Virus record (IMG/VR): IMGVR_UViG_3300001533_002564
Coordinates: 1-64,000 of that record
Length of the DNA: 64,000 nt
From: a virus
Strand: one strand, 5' to 3'
The notes under the pieces were generated by a model, which was not told the DNA's origin, made no database searches, and saw only the letters and a list, made by a program, of their open reading frames with translations. This document shows positions 1 through 10,000 of the stretch, piece after piece. Positions within the stretch are counted from its first letter, which is position 1. Every line of letters begins with the position of its first letter. The translations under genes and the position numbers were made by a program.

Positions 1-71
1 CAAATCGCTGCAACGAAATAACTGTTTATAGCATTGTGCGAGAAACTTGTTGGATTGCAGTCCAACTCGTT

Positions 72-146
72 TGCGGAAGATGAAGGATTTGAACCCCCGA
101 CCTAATGGTTAACAGCCACTTGCTCTACCAACTGAGCTATCGGTGC
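72..146 (-). pseudogene. Chimeric/degenerate tRNA-Asn(GTT)
   Basis: Normal D arm, anticodon loop CTGTTAA and T arm. The 5' acceptor strand GCACCGA does not pair with the 3' strand ATCTTCC-G, which resembles a tRNA-Ser 3' end. Confidence 0.65.
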
Positions 147-156
147 ATAAAAAAAT

Positions 157-312
157 GGATTCTGGTGTAAGCCTTTTACTTACGACCCCCGAAAATATTT
201 CAAAATTCATAAATGTCTCTGAGAATGAGATGTGAGGTAGTGCGATTTTATCCGTCACTACTATGCCATTCCAACTGAACATTAGGGCAGTGCATTATCC
301 AAACCAGAACCC
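157..312 (-). ncRNA. Putative structured ncRNA (rod-like, possibly 6S-like)
   Basis: Terminal stem GGTTCTGGT...ACCAGAATCC followed by a T-run, nested internal stems (GCCCT/GGGGT, GTAGTG/CACTAC), no ORF. Confidence 0.35.
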
Positions 313-388
313 CATTCTAATATAGATTACTAGTATAAATATATTAGAATGATATGTAAATGAATCACTAGTACTTATTCATTTACTT

Positions 389-473
389 TGCGGAGAATAA
401 AGGAATCGAACCCTCGCCCCGAAGGACGGCACGGATTTCAAGTCCGCTTATCCACCATTGGATGCTACTCTCC
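389..473 (-). tRNA. tRNA-Ser(TGA)
   Basis: GGAGAGT/ATTCTCC-G acceptor, GCGGA-CTTGAAA-TCCGT anticodon arm, long variable arm, TTCGATT T loop. Confidence 0.9.
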
Positions 474-561
474 AGTGTCACTATGGAGAGGGTTTCACTC
501 CCAATTTCATATGTAGTGACATGTATATCATATGAACCCGAACCATTATTTATCGGCATTG

Positions 562-641
562 TGGTTGGGATGATGGGAATTGAACCCACATGTAACCAAT
601 TACTCTTTCTACACGTTATCAGCGTGAGGAGATACATCCCA
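562..641 (-). tRNA. Non-canonical tRNA-Ile(GAT)-like gene (no standard D arm)
   Basis: TGGGATG/CATCCCA-A-CCA acceptor, CACG-CTGATAA-CGTG anticodon hairpin, T arm; a GTAA-TTGG-TTAC hairpin lies 3' of the anticodon arm. Confidence 0.6.
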
Positions 642-1205
642 ATGTTCTTCATAATGTAATTCTCTATGACAATTTGAACATAATAAATCACATTTATCTA
701 ATTCAATCATAATCTTTAACCAACTCAAATTTTGATATTTTGAAACACTAAATTCTTTTTCATTTGGGTCTCGATGGTGAAAATCTAATGCTGCGATACA
801 TTTATTGTAACCACATTTCATACATTTACCTCCTAAATATTCAACACTCATTTCTTTTAATTTTTGTCGTCGGGATTTTACTCTTTCATAATTTCTTTTT
901 CGCCTTTCAATTTCATTTAACACAATTCTTTTATTTTCAGTATTTGCAATCACTGTTGTTCTTGACACATTAAATTTTTCTGCTGTTTCGAGAATAGTAT
1001 GTTTCTTATAATATTCATTTAATTCAATAATCTCTTTTTCATTTAATATTTTTCTACCATCAATTGGTTCATTTAATCCAGCACTAATGCAATGATATGA
1101 AACAGTAGGTTTTGATATACTTAATTGTTTACTTATTTCATTATAACTTTTCCCTAAAAGTCTTAATCTTATTACTTTATCTTTTGTTTTCATACTTTCG
1201 ACCAT
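609..1205 (-). CDS. HNH homing endonuclease with N-terminal HTH
   Basis: CMKCGY...LDFHHRDP...LLCSNCHRELH; stop overlaps the tRNA-Ile-like gene. Confidence 0.85.
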   Translation of the reverse strand: MVESMKTKDKVIRLRLLGKSYNEISKQLSISKPTVSYHCISAGLNEPIDGRKILNEKEIIELNEYYKKHTILETAEKFNVSRTTVIANTENKRIVLNEIERRKRNYERVKSRRQKLKEMSVEYLGGKCMKCGYNKCIAALDFHHRDPNEKEFSVSKYQNLSWLKIMIELDKCDLLCSNCHRELHYEEHWDVSPHADNV

Positions 1206-1296
1206 ATTATTATCTTATTATTTATAATAAATATTCGAAAGTTAGAAAATATTATTAATATTTGTCGCAAAAATAGTAAATATTTGAGACAAATTG

Positions 1297-1371
1297 AGCA
1301 CGTAGAGGGATTCGAACCCCCGATTGTACGCTTTTGCAGAGCGTTGCCTTTGACCACTCGACCATACGTGC
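1297..1371 (-). tRNA. tRNA-Cys(GCA)
   Basis: Canonical cloverleaf, ACGCT-CTGCAAA-AGCGT. Confidence 0.93.
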
Positions 1372-1448
1372 ATATTTGTAAAACTTTAGTCAATCCATAG
1401 ATTGTGCAGTAATCACCACGTGCAGGTAGTTTTACCTGATTACCTAAA

Positions 1449-1469
1449 CCAACATGTCAAAGAACTATA
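1449..1469 (-). promoter_or_regulatory. boxA-like antitermination element
   Basis: TATAGTTCTTTGACATGTTGG, identical 21-mer at 26817-26837; resembles rRNA-operon boxA. Confidence 0.65.
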
Positions 1470-1481
1470 ATAATTATTCAT

Positions 1482-1514
1482 AAAAAAACCCGAAACTTTT
1501 TAGGTTTCGGGTTT
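1482..1514 (-). terminator. Attenuator terminator 1
   Basis: AAACCCGAAAC / GTTTCGGGTTT stem plus U-tract. Confidence 0.85.
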
Positions 1515-1537
1515 GTGTTTTTATTGTGGTATTTTAT

Positions 1538-1666
1538 TTATATTCTAATATCCATTAAACCTTCACCCGAATCCATATTTCTGCCAAAATTTGAACAGAA
1601 TATACCATTCCCGTTACGACTAATAGTCGTTGTCGAAATAATAATATTTGTAATTCGTGTTTTCAT
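1538..1666 (-). CDS. Leader peptide 1, MKTRITNIIISTTTISRNGNGIFCSNFGRNMDSGEGLMDIRI (42 aa)
   Basis: Hand-translated; lies between promoter and terminator; contains TTCGGGT (1565-1571), complementary to the terminator 5' arm. Confidence 0.75.
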   Translation of the reverse strand: MKTRITNIIISTTTISRNGNGIFCSNFGRNMDSGEGLMDIRI

Positions 1667-1710
1667 TTTTATATGTTTATTAATTTAATTGTAAATATCT
1701 TTTATCTAAA

Positions 1711-1737
1711 TACGAGACAAAGATATAAAATGTTACA
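1711..1737 (-). promoter_or_regulatory. Composite promoter: TGTAAC-N17-CGTA with nested Bacteroidota -7 TATCTTTG
   Basis: Near-identical copy at 27079-27105. Confidence 0.65.
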
Positions 1738-1755
1738 ATATAAACAAATTATTTT

Positions 1756-2037
1756 TTATTTTTTTACTAATAAAATATCTTGTTTTTTTATAATCTCTAG
1801 ATTTTCAGGAGTATATGATATTAAATTAAATTTTAATTTTGTTGTATCTGATTGATGTTTTATTTCAAAATTACCATTAAAATCAGAATAAATGGTATCG
1901 CAATCGGAAATTATTCTTACACCAGCTAATTCTTCTCTGGTGTTTTTATCTAATATTTTACCACTAATTATATTTTTATTTGAAATTGTTGGATTTATAA
2001 ATATTAATAATAAATAAACTAATAAAATTTTTAACAT
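1756..2037 (-). CDS. Secreted carboxypeptidase-regulatory-like domain protein
   Basis: Signal peptide plus ISGKILDKNTREELAGVRI...SDFNGNFEI...ISY, typical of Bacteroidota CarboxypepD_reg domains. Confidence 0.7.
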   Translation of the reverse strand: MLKILLVYLLLIFINPTISNKNIISGKILDKNTREELAGVRIISDCDTIYSDFNGNFEIKHQSDTTKLKFNLISYTPENLEIIKKQDILLVKK

Positions 2038-2181
2038 AATCTTTTTTACATAATTACTGTTAAATGATGATATGTATATTATGTAAATATTATATATATG
2101 TTATTATTTTATGTTGTTTGTATTTACCATTTAAATGAATTATATATTCAACATTTTCCTTAAGATACGTTTATTATTTAA

Positions 2182-2745
2182 GTTGTAATTACCTTTCAAA
2201 TGAAGACCATACACAACAAATATGATAATGCCGAGGATATTGGCAGGGTTGTAATTACCTTTCAAATGAAGACCATACACAACTCCTTGTATAAAATTTA
2301 TACTCATATCATCGTTGTAATTACCTTTCAAATGAAGACCATACACAACTGCATACCATATTTATCTGATATACCTGTAGTTGTAATTACCTTTCAAATG
2401 AAGACCATACACAACTTTAATAAAGAATATAGTTTCATTTGGACTGTTGTAATTACCTTTCAAATGAAAACCATACACAACGTTGAGAGATGATATTATT
2501 TCAATTATCAAGTTGTAATTACCTTTCAAATGAAGACCATACACAACTTAGTAAGAAAGGTTTTAGCATTAATATCGGTTGTAATTACCTTTCAAATGAA
2601 GACCATACACAACAAGGTTTGTGAATAGTGGTTATTTCATCTAGTTGTAATTACCTTTCAAATGAAGACCATACACAACAAACTAATGCCAAATATATTA
2701 CTTGACCTTGTTGTAATTACCTTTCAAATGAAGACCATACACAAC
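2182..2745 (-). CRISPR. CRISPR array, 9 x 36-bp repeats and 8 x 30-bp spacers
   Basis: Repeat (minus) GTTGTGTATGGTCTTCATTTGAAAGGTAATTACAAC, starting on + at 2182, 2248, 2314, 2380, 2446 (1 SNP), 2512, 2578, 2644, 2710. Orientation inferred from boxA and the adjacent gene. Confidence 0.97.
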
Positions 2746-2940
2746 CTATATCGTATAATAATCTATTAATCATGTATTTCCTTTTATTTTTATTAAAAAA
2801 ATTTGAAAGATTCAATCCTATTATCGATGTTTCAGTTCAGATTTTAAAACCTAATTGGAATTAAGTCTGCTTCAGCATCTAAGAATTTTATTTTTTTAAA
2901 TCTCGGATGTTACATCACCCACATGATTTTATTTTAAATA

Positions 2941-2953
2941 TTTTCAAAGAACT
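2941..2953 (-). promoter_or_regulatory. boxA-like element upstream of the CRISPR array
   Basis: AGTTCTTTGAAAA, same core as the tRNA-operon copies. Confidence 0.5.
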
Positions 2954-3013
2954 TTTTATTTTAAATAATATTTTCAAATATAAACTAAATAATTTTAATT
3001 ATCAAATAAATTA

Positions 3014-4324
3014 TCATTTATTTTCAAAATATTTTTCTTTAATATTAATTGCTGCATTTAAATCAGCGTTCATTGTATGACCACATATAACACAAATAAA
3101 TTTTGATTGTGTTTGTCTATTTAATTTATTAGTATGACCACATTTTGAACATTTTTGTGATGTATGTTTAGGGTTAACAGTTACAACATTTTTACCGACA
3201 TATTCTGCTTTATATTGCATTTTAGTCCTCAATGAATATAAACCAACATCACTAAGAACCCGATTTAAATTACTTTTATTATTTGATTTACCTTTTCCAC
3301 TTCTTTTCATCATACCTTTTAAATTCAAATCTTCAAGAATATAAGTATCTACATCTTCTAATTCAATTAATGATTTTGAGATACAATGCTGTATATAATC
3401 ACGTTTTTCAGTTATTTTAAAATAAAGATTATTTATTTTTTTCTTAATTCTTTTATATGATGTAGTTTCCCAGAAATTAATGTCGGTTTTATTTTTTTTA
3501 TGATAATCTCTTTTTCTATTTAATATTTTTGATAATCGGTGTAATTCAGATTTATATTGTTTTAATAATGATATGGAATTTTTATAAATATCAATATTAA
3601 AATGTAATTCATCTGATGTTGTAATTGGTCTATGAACACCGAAATCAATACCAACACTAGTTTTTTTATCTATTGGTTTTTTTGTTTCAATAATTAATTT
3701 ATTTGGGTCATTTACATCACATTGTAATGATATAAAATATTTATCATTTTTTCTAGAAATCGTATATGAATTAATTTTAATAAATTTATTATTATCCCAA
3801 TTTTCAGAAAAAAAATGATTATGACATGATATTTTAATTTTTTTTATTTTAGGTATATCAATTAATCCAAATTTATTATTCAATAATTTTAAATTAAATG
3901 TTTTAGGTTTATTTTCATTATATTGTATTTGTCCTGTAAATGAATGTTTTGATTTTTGATTTTTAAATTTAGGAAATCCACTTCCCATTTTTTTTATATT
4001 AGCAAACGCTTTTTCAATAGCTTTTAAACTATATGTTTTACTTGTTGAGTCAATATTTTTTAAAAACCAAAATTCATCTGTATTTCCCATTTGAGTTAAA
4101 ATTTTACTCATTTCATATCTATTAAAATACAGGTTATTATCTTTCATATATTTATTACGTTCTTTTTTATCAACAATACCTATTTCAGTCATTTTATCTG
4201 AAATATCAATTTGTTGTCTTAAGCAATAATTATAAATAAATCTTGAAGTTCTAAATGAATCATCAAATGATTTAATTTGTTCGGGTGTTGGGTATATTCT
4301 AAACTTAAATGCTTTAGATATCAT
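3014..4324 (-). CDS. tnpB: TnpB/Cas12f-like RNA-guided nuclease (436 aa)
   Basis: AFKFRIYPT N-terminus, RuvC-I VGIDFG, RuvC-II LEDL, zinc ribbon CSKC/CVIC, RuvC-III NADLNAA; no tnpA nearby. Confidence 0.9.
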   Translation of the reverse strand: MISKAFKFRIYPTPEQIKSFDDSFRTSRFIYNYCLRQQIDISDKMTEIGIVDKKERNKYMKDNNLYFNRYEMSKILTQMGNTDEFWFLKNIDSTSKTYSLKAIEKAFANIKKMGSGFPKFKNQKSKHSFTGQIQYNENKPKTFNLKLLNNKFGLIDIPKIKKIKISCHNHFFSENWDNNKFIKINSYTISRKNDKYFISLQCDVNDPNKLIIETKKPIDKKTSVGIDFGVHRPITTSDELHFNIDIYKNSISLLKQYKSELHRLSKILNRKRDYHKKNKTDINFWETTSYKRIKKKINNLYFKITEKRDYIQHCISKSLIELEDVDTYILEDLNLKGMMKRSGKGKSNNKSNLNRVLSDVGLYSLRTKMQYKAEYVGKNVVTVNPKHTSQKCSKCGHTNKLNRQTQSKFICVICGHTMNADLNAAINIKEKYFENK

Positions 4325-4344
4325 ATGATTTTTTATTGAAGTAA

Positions 4345-4376
4345 AATAAAACGCATCGATTTCGATGCGTTTTATT
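4345..4376. terminator. Perfect hairpin (terminator or IS200/605-type end)
   Basis: AATAAAACGCATCGA-TT-TCGATGCGTTTTATT. Confidence 0.55.
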
Positions 4377-4381
4377 ATTAT

Positions 4382-6652
4382 TTAGATTTTTTCTTCTTTT
4401 TCGGCTAAATTAAAAGTAAAGTCTAAGTCTTTACCATCGAAATTTACAGATAAAGTATTTTCATCAAAACTCTTGAATTCAGTAAACCATTTTTTACTAA
4501 GAATCAACGAGAATTTAATTTCAGCAATTTCTTGCAATACTTTTCTCCTTTGTTTATTAAGGATTTTTGATTTAGTTTCAAGATATGTTTTTAAAACATT
4601 CTTTTGTTGTTCTTCGCTAAGTGATTTATACATATCAGAATCTAATTGAGAAAGATATTTCTTAATTGCATCTGCCATAACAAATTCATTAAGTTTTAAT
4701 GCAGCACCAGACTCAATTTTCTTAACAACGTCTTCAACTTTTGGAAGACTGGATAATCCTTTAATTTTTGTTTCAAGAACAACTGACATATAAAAATCTG
4801 TTGCTTCTGCGCTTGTAACTTTAGGTGAGAATCCATTGTAATCGGTAATTCCAATCTCTTTAAGCCAATCTGCTGCATCTTGTCCAACCAATTTAACAAA
4901 CGAATCACTTGTTTTTGGAAATAATGATTTCTTGTAGTAATCATAAACTTTCTTAGTACCTTGTAACTTCTTGAGTTCCCATTGTTGTTTAGCAAGTTGC
5001 ATTGCAGAAATACTTTTTACCATACTTTTATTAATAATTGGAATTGAAGTCAAGTCAATAACAATTTTTGTATCTTCACTTGGTGGTACTGGTACTGAAC
5101 TTCTCCATAAATCATATTTAATACCATTATTAAATAAATGTGCAACTAATTCATCGGAATAACTTACTGGAAGTTTTTCAATGTTTACAATACCATCTTT
5201 TATAATTGTAAAAGTATTATATTTAAAAGATGCAACATTATCAATACCGAATTTATTTTCTGGTAGAATCGCCTGACCTTCAATATAAATTCTTACACTA
5301 AGATTTGCTCTACTTTCATTCCATACTAAATCAGTTAATGGATAACCTCTATTGGGGTTGGTATTAATAAATTCAACATCGACTTTCTTTTCAGCAAGTT
5401 CGGCAGTTATTTTACTTAATTCTTCAACATTTTTTGCTTCACTAAGTCTTTTTTTATCGGCTTCAGTAATTGTTGACCCAACAATAACTTTTTTTCTACC
5501 TATTCTATTGTAATTAAATTCTTCATGATTTGGATAGAATAAACAGTTTTCAATATTACCTAAATCTTCAATAAGATTCATTAGACAATAAGCATCATCA
5601 GGCACTGGTTGAATGGTTGTTTGACCTTCAGGAAATCTTTTTGCTGTGTCTTCAACACATTCTTTAATTGCTGTTTTAAATGCATTTAGTTTTTGTTTAC
5701 CAAAAGCATTAACAAGCATTTTGTAATGATATTGATCACCTAATGCATAAAATATTTTTTCGGCATCTTCATTTAATAATTTATCTGAAAGAACGTAGAT
5801 TGCTGCATAAAGAGCACGTATAACACTATTAGTAAATTCAATAGTAATGCCAATTGCATTAAATGAAAAGAAATGTATTTCTTTAACATCAGAACCAACC
5901 ATTATTTTACCATCAGTAATATTATACAATAATACTGAACCATCACTCACACTAAATGCGAAATCATATAAATAACTATCGTTAATTTCAACAACATTTT
6001 TCTTTCCACCACGAGCACTATTTGATATTTTGGCATCGAACATTGGTTCGAAATCATCGAAACCATTACAACTAATTTTTTCACCACCAATAATACTTGC
6101 CATTTCAGTTAATCTACGTGAGTCAGCATAATAACCATATTCAACAAATGTTGAAGATGATATGTCATTCTCCATTCCTTTAAGTGTTGTAATGACTTCA
6201 TTCCAAGGACAGTCATTATTATAACCATCGGTAAGGAAAATCATTGAAAATACTGAGTCTGGTCTGTTATTTTGGATTCTTTTAATTAATCCATCGACTA
6301 ATTGGAGTGGTTTTAAGAATGCAGTTAATCCAACAGGACGAAGCCATTTATCAATAGCATCATTTAAATCGCTAAGTGTTTTTAAGGATTTAACTTCAAC
6401 TTCTTCTTTAAGAATTCCAGCATCTCTACTACCAGAAAACCATACTATAGAAATAGTATCACCTTCCATCATTAAGTTGGAAAGTTTGTTTTTTAATTGT
6501 GTTCGGATTAAAGGAAGTTCATAATACATTGAACCAGATACGTCAACTACGAAGATGTGATTTGTTTTTTTTGTAACCTCTACTGTTACATCGCTATTTA
6601 CTTCTTGAGTAGTGAGAAAATAGTTTTCACTAAATTTTACATTTGTTTTCAT
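4382..6652 (-). CDS. vWA (MIDAS) domain protein
   Basis: FVVDVSGSM ... IFLTDG. Confidence 0.8.
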   Translation of the reverse strand: MKTNVKFSENYFLTTQEVNSDVTVEVTKKTNHIFVVDVSGSMYYELPLIRTQLKNKLSNLMMEGDTISIVWFSGSRDAGILKEEVEVKSLKTLSDLNDAIDKWLRPVGLTAFLKPLQLVDGLIKRIQNNRPDSVFSMIFLTDGYNNDCPWNEVITTLKGMENDISSSTFVEYGYYADSRRLTEMASIIGGEKISCNGFDDFEPMFDAKISNSARGGKKNVVEINDSYLYDFAFSVSDGSVLLYNITDGKIMVGSDVKEIHFFSFNAIGITIEFTNSVIRALYAAIYVLSDKLLNEDAEKIFYALGDQYHYKMLVNAFGKQKLNAFKTAIKECVEDTAKRFPEGQTTIQPVPDDAYCLMNLIEDLGNIENCLFYPNHEEFNYNRIGRKKVIVGSTITEADKKRLSEAKNVEELSKITAELAEKKVDVEFINTNPNRGYPLTDLVWNESRANLSVRIYIEGQAILPENKFGIDNVASFKYNTFTIIKDGIVNIEKLPVSYSDELVAHLFNNGIKYDLWRSSVPVPPSEDTKIVIDLTSIPIINKSMVKSISAMQLAKQQWELKKLQGTKKVYDYYKKSLFPKTSDSFVKLVGQDAADWLKEIGITDYNGFSPKVTSAEATDFYMSVVLETKIKGLSSLPKVEDVVKKIESGAALKLNEFVMADAIKKYLSQLDSDMYKSLSEEQQKNVLKTYLETKSKILNKQRRKVLQEIAEIKFSLILSKKWFTEFKSFDENTLSVNFDGKDLDFTFNLAEKEEKI

Positions 6653-6729
6653 ACAATAATTTATTATTTACAGTTATTTATTTTTCAATTACTAATTAAA
6701 TTATACGAATATAATTTTAATTTGTTACA

Positions 6730-6918
6730 TTATTTCAGTTTTTTTACAATACGTTCATGGTTTTTCAACCAATTTTCAATATATGTTCTGTCATTACTTA
6801 CAAACCCATCATAACAATCAGCTTGGAAATCTCTCATAAGCAGTTCTAAATCACTAAGGGTTAAATAATATCCATCAACATATTCTTCATTAATAAGTTT
6901 ACTTTCCAAGACTATCAT
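6730..6918 (-). CDS. Hypothetical protein
   Basis: ORF preceded by AGTATTTA motif. Confidence 0.5.
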   Translation of the reverse strand: MIVLESKLINEEYVDGYYLTLSDLELLMRDFQADCYDGFVSNDRTYIENWLKNHERIVKKLK

Positions 6919-7031
6919 AATAAATGAAATTAGAAAGCAAATCTATGTATTTTATTTTTAATATCAAAGAACTTTTTATTAAATACTTTAAATAAAAAAA
7001 TGGTCTCGTGTTTAGAGACCATTTAATTATA

Positions 7032-10000
7032 TTATCCACATTTACTATTTCCACATCCCATACAAATAAGACATCCTTCTTTGTATTGTAGGTCATTACT
7101 GCCACATACAGGACAAGTGCCTTTACCTTTTTCACCGTCTTTAATATATCTTTTAATGACACGAGTAACACCATTTTTCCAAGTATTAATATAATCTTCT
7201 TTAAAATTTAATGAATCAATTAATTCAAAAACATATACTAATGGCATTTTATGTCTTAATACCCCAGAAATAAATTTAGCATAATTCCAGAATTCGGGAT
7301 TAAATGCGTGGTTTAGTCCAGTAAAAATATGTTTATCTCCTTGTGAATCAATATATTCAATATCATATCGTTTTCTTTTTACTTTAACTATTTTACCATC
7401 AATAAGTTCATCTATTTCAATAATATTTTTTACAACTTCACATTCAGTAATTAATGGAGGTAGTGAACTTAAACCATTTTCAAGACGACCAGTAAAAATT
7501 TCGTATGGATGACCATCTTTTAATCCAACAACAGCAATCCATTTTTCAAGTTTATTTTGAAAACGATGTATTTCTGCTTTTAATCTTTTTCCTCTTTTGG
7601 GTGCATGAACTTCTTCAATTGCCACTTCTTTTTTCTCATTATTAGATATTAGAACACCACTTCTACTACCTTCACGATAAACAGTCATTCCTTTACAACC
7701 AGCACTCCATCCAGTTTCATATACTTGACGAACTAAATCTTCAGTTGCTTCTTCGGGTAAATTAACTGTCACACTAATACTATGGTCAACATGTTTTTGT
7801 ATTCTACCTTGCATTTCAACTTTCTTAACCCAATCAACATCATTTGAAGTAGCTTTATAATAAGGTGATTTTTTTACTATTTCATCAACTTGTTCTTCTG
7901 TCATTGTTTTAACAATATCAACATCATAATCATTTGCTTTTAACCATGTTTTAAAGTTGTTATGGAAGACAAGATATTCTTTCCATGCAATTCCTTCTTC
8001 ATCAACAAAATCTATTTGAATATCTTTTTCTTGTGGATTAATTTTTCTTCTTCTTTTATAAACAGGTAAGAAAACAGGTTCAATTCCTGATGTTGTCTGT
8101 GTCATTAAACTTGCAGTACCTGTAGGTGCTATTGTTAATAATGCAATATTTCTACGACCATATTTAACCATGTCTGCATATAGTTCAGGATTTGCTTCTT
8201 TTATACGTAAAATAAATGGATTATTCTTTTCTCTTTTAGCGTCATAAATTGGAAATGCTCCACGTTCTTTTGCTAATATAACCGATGATTTATATGCATT
8301 TAATTTTAAATTTTCATGTACTTTTTCACTAAAATCATTTACACTATCAGTCCCATATGTAAGACTTAATGCTGCAAGCATGTCACCTTCAGCAGTAACA
8401 CCTAAACCAGTTCTTCTGCCTTCAATTGCTTTTTCTCTGATTTTAGTCCATAAATTAATTTCATATAATTTAATGAATTCATCTTCAGGGTCTAATTTAA
8501 TTTTAGCTAGAATATTATCAATTTTTTCTAATTCTAAATCAATAATATCATCCATATAACGCATAGCAATAATTACATCATTTTTAAATAAATCCCAATC
8601 AAAATAAGAATCAGAAGTAAATGGATTAACAACATATCCGTACAAATTAAGTGCAAGTAATCTACAACTATCATATGGACATAAAGGTATTTCACCACAA
8701 TTGTGCACACTAATTCCATTGCAATCAAATTCATGTGCAATATCAACATTACAATCATAAACATCTTCAACACCTACTAATTTTATTGATTTAATTGAAT
8801 CAGTGAAATATTCTTTATATAAACCACGCTTTAAATTATTTAATACATTATCTAATTTTGTTTGTTTATTAACGTCCTTAAAACCAATACGTTTATTAAA
8901 AACCAATAAATTTTCTTTAGATATTACTAACTCATGTTGTGCTTTTACATTATATTCTTTTTTACCACCATTACCATCAGGTAACATTTTTTTACTGTCT
9001 AATCTCCTATTTTTAAATATTGATGAGACGATACCTAACCTTAGTAACATTCTTTGAATAACTTCCAGATTATTAAGATTAGATGAAGATAGTCTAACAT
9101 TAATACCCTTTTTACTATTATTTAATACTGTACCATCAGCATCTAATATTCCTGAAATAAAACCACGATAAAAATCAGAACTTTGTGATTCAATTGCATA
9201 ACCTAAATTCTTACCGTCAAACAATCCTAAATCATTTGCTATTCTACCTAATGGATTTGATTTAACAGTAATTATTTCATTATTATCGTCACCACTACCA
9301 AGACTATCGTTATAATTCAATGATGTTTTAATTAAATCAACAGCAATTTTTTTCATTGTTGCTCGATTTTCACCCCAATATCTTAAATATGCAGTTTCAT
9401 TTACTAGAGAACCATCACCAACTAATGAACCAATTAACCAACCAATTTTATCATCGTAATTACTATCCCATGAAGATTTTAAATTTTGGTTTTTATTATA
9501 ATTTAAATTAAGTACGTCACCTTCAATCAAATCACCTAACTCAACCCATTCATATGATTTTTTTCCTCGATTTTGTTTAATAACCCTTTTAAACTTATGA
9601 TTATCAGTAGCTTTTATCTTTAAACCACGATTAGTTTCAACTTCATAAACCTTTTTATCTCCAGTATAGAAAAAACCGCCTTTTGATAAATATTGCTCGT
9701 TATCAACCAGTGCAGTAAAATCTTTACCAATTAATTCATTAACTTGTTTCGGTCCTTCATTTGTCATCACCCAAGAATCACTTGTAACACAAGGATTAGT
9801 ACTTGTTGTTTTAAATCCTAAGTCAGCATAACAATCAGGAATACTTTCAGAGATTACTTTATCCCAGAAAAGAATACCGGGTTCGCCTGATTTCCATGCA
9901 TTATGTATTATTTTTTTCCAAAGTTTTGTTGGGTCAATTTCTTTTATGATTTTAGGATTATCGCTATCAATTGGATATTTTTGTTCAAAAGCATACTCAT

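Noticed and set aside
157-312. RNase P RNA
   Set aside because: Too short and lacks the GAGGAAAGUCC P4 motif
383-691. ORFs over tRNA genes (also 1190-1393, 12917-13225, 30140-30355, 31179-31543)
   Set aside because: Shadow ORFs across tRNA or regulatory sequence
1482-1666. T-box riboswitch explanation of the tRNA-operon leaders
   Set aside because: No T-box (GGTGGNACC) consensus seen; open leader ORFs with matching codon runs fit attenuation better
2140-2544. ORFs of 60-97 aa with repeated peptides
   Set aside because: Translations of the 66-bp CRISPR period
2218-2709. Spacers read as coding on the + strand (would imply antisense, RNA-targeting crRNAs), or self-targeting
   Set aside because: 30-mers are often open in some frame, and no protospacer was spotted by eye; needs a search
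3014-4324. Calling the effector Cas13b, Cas9 or Cas12j
   Set aside because: No HEPN or HNH motifs, too short, and clearly TnpB-type architecture
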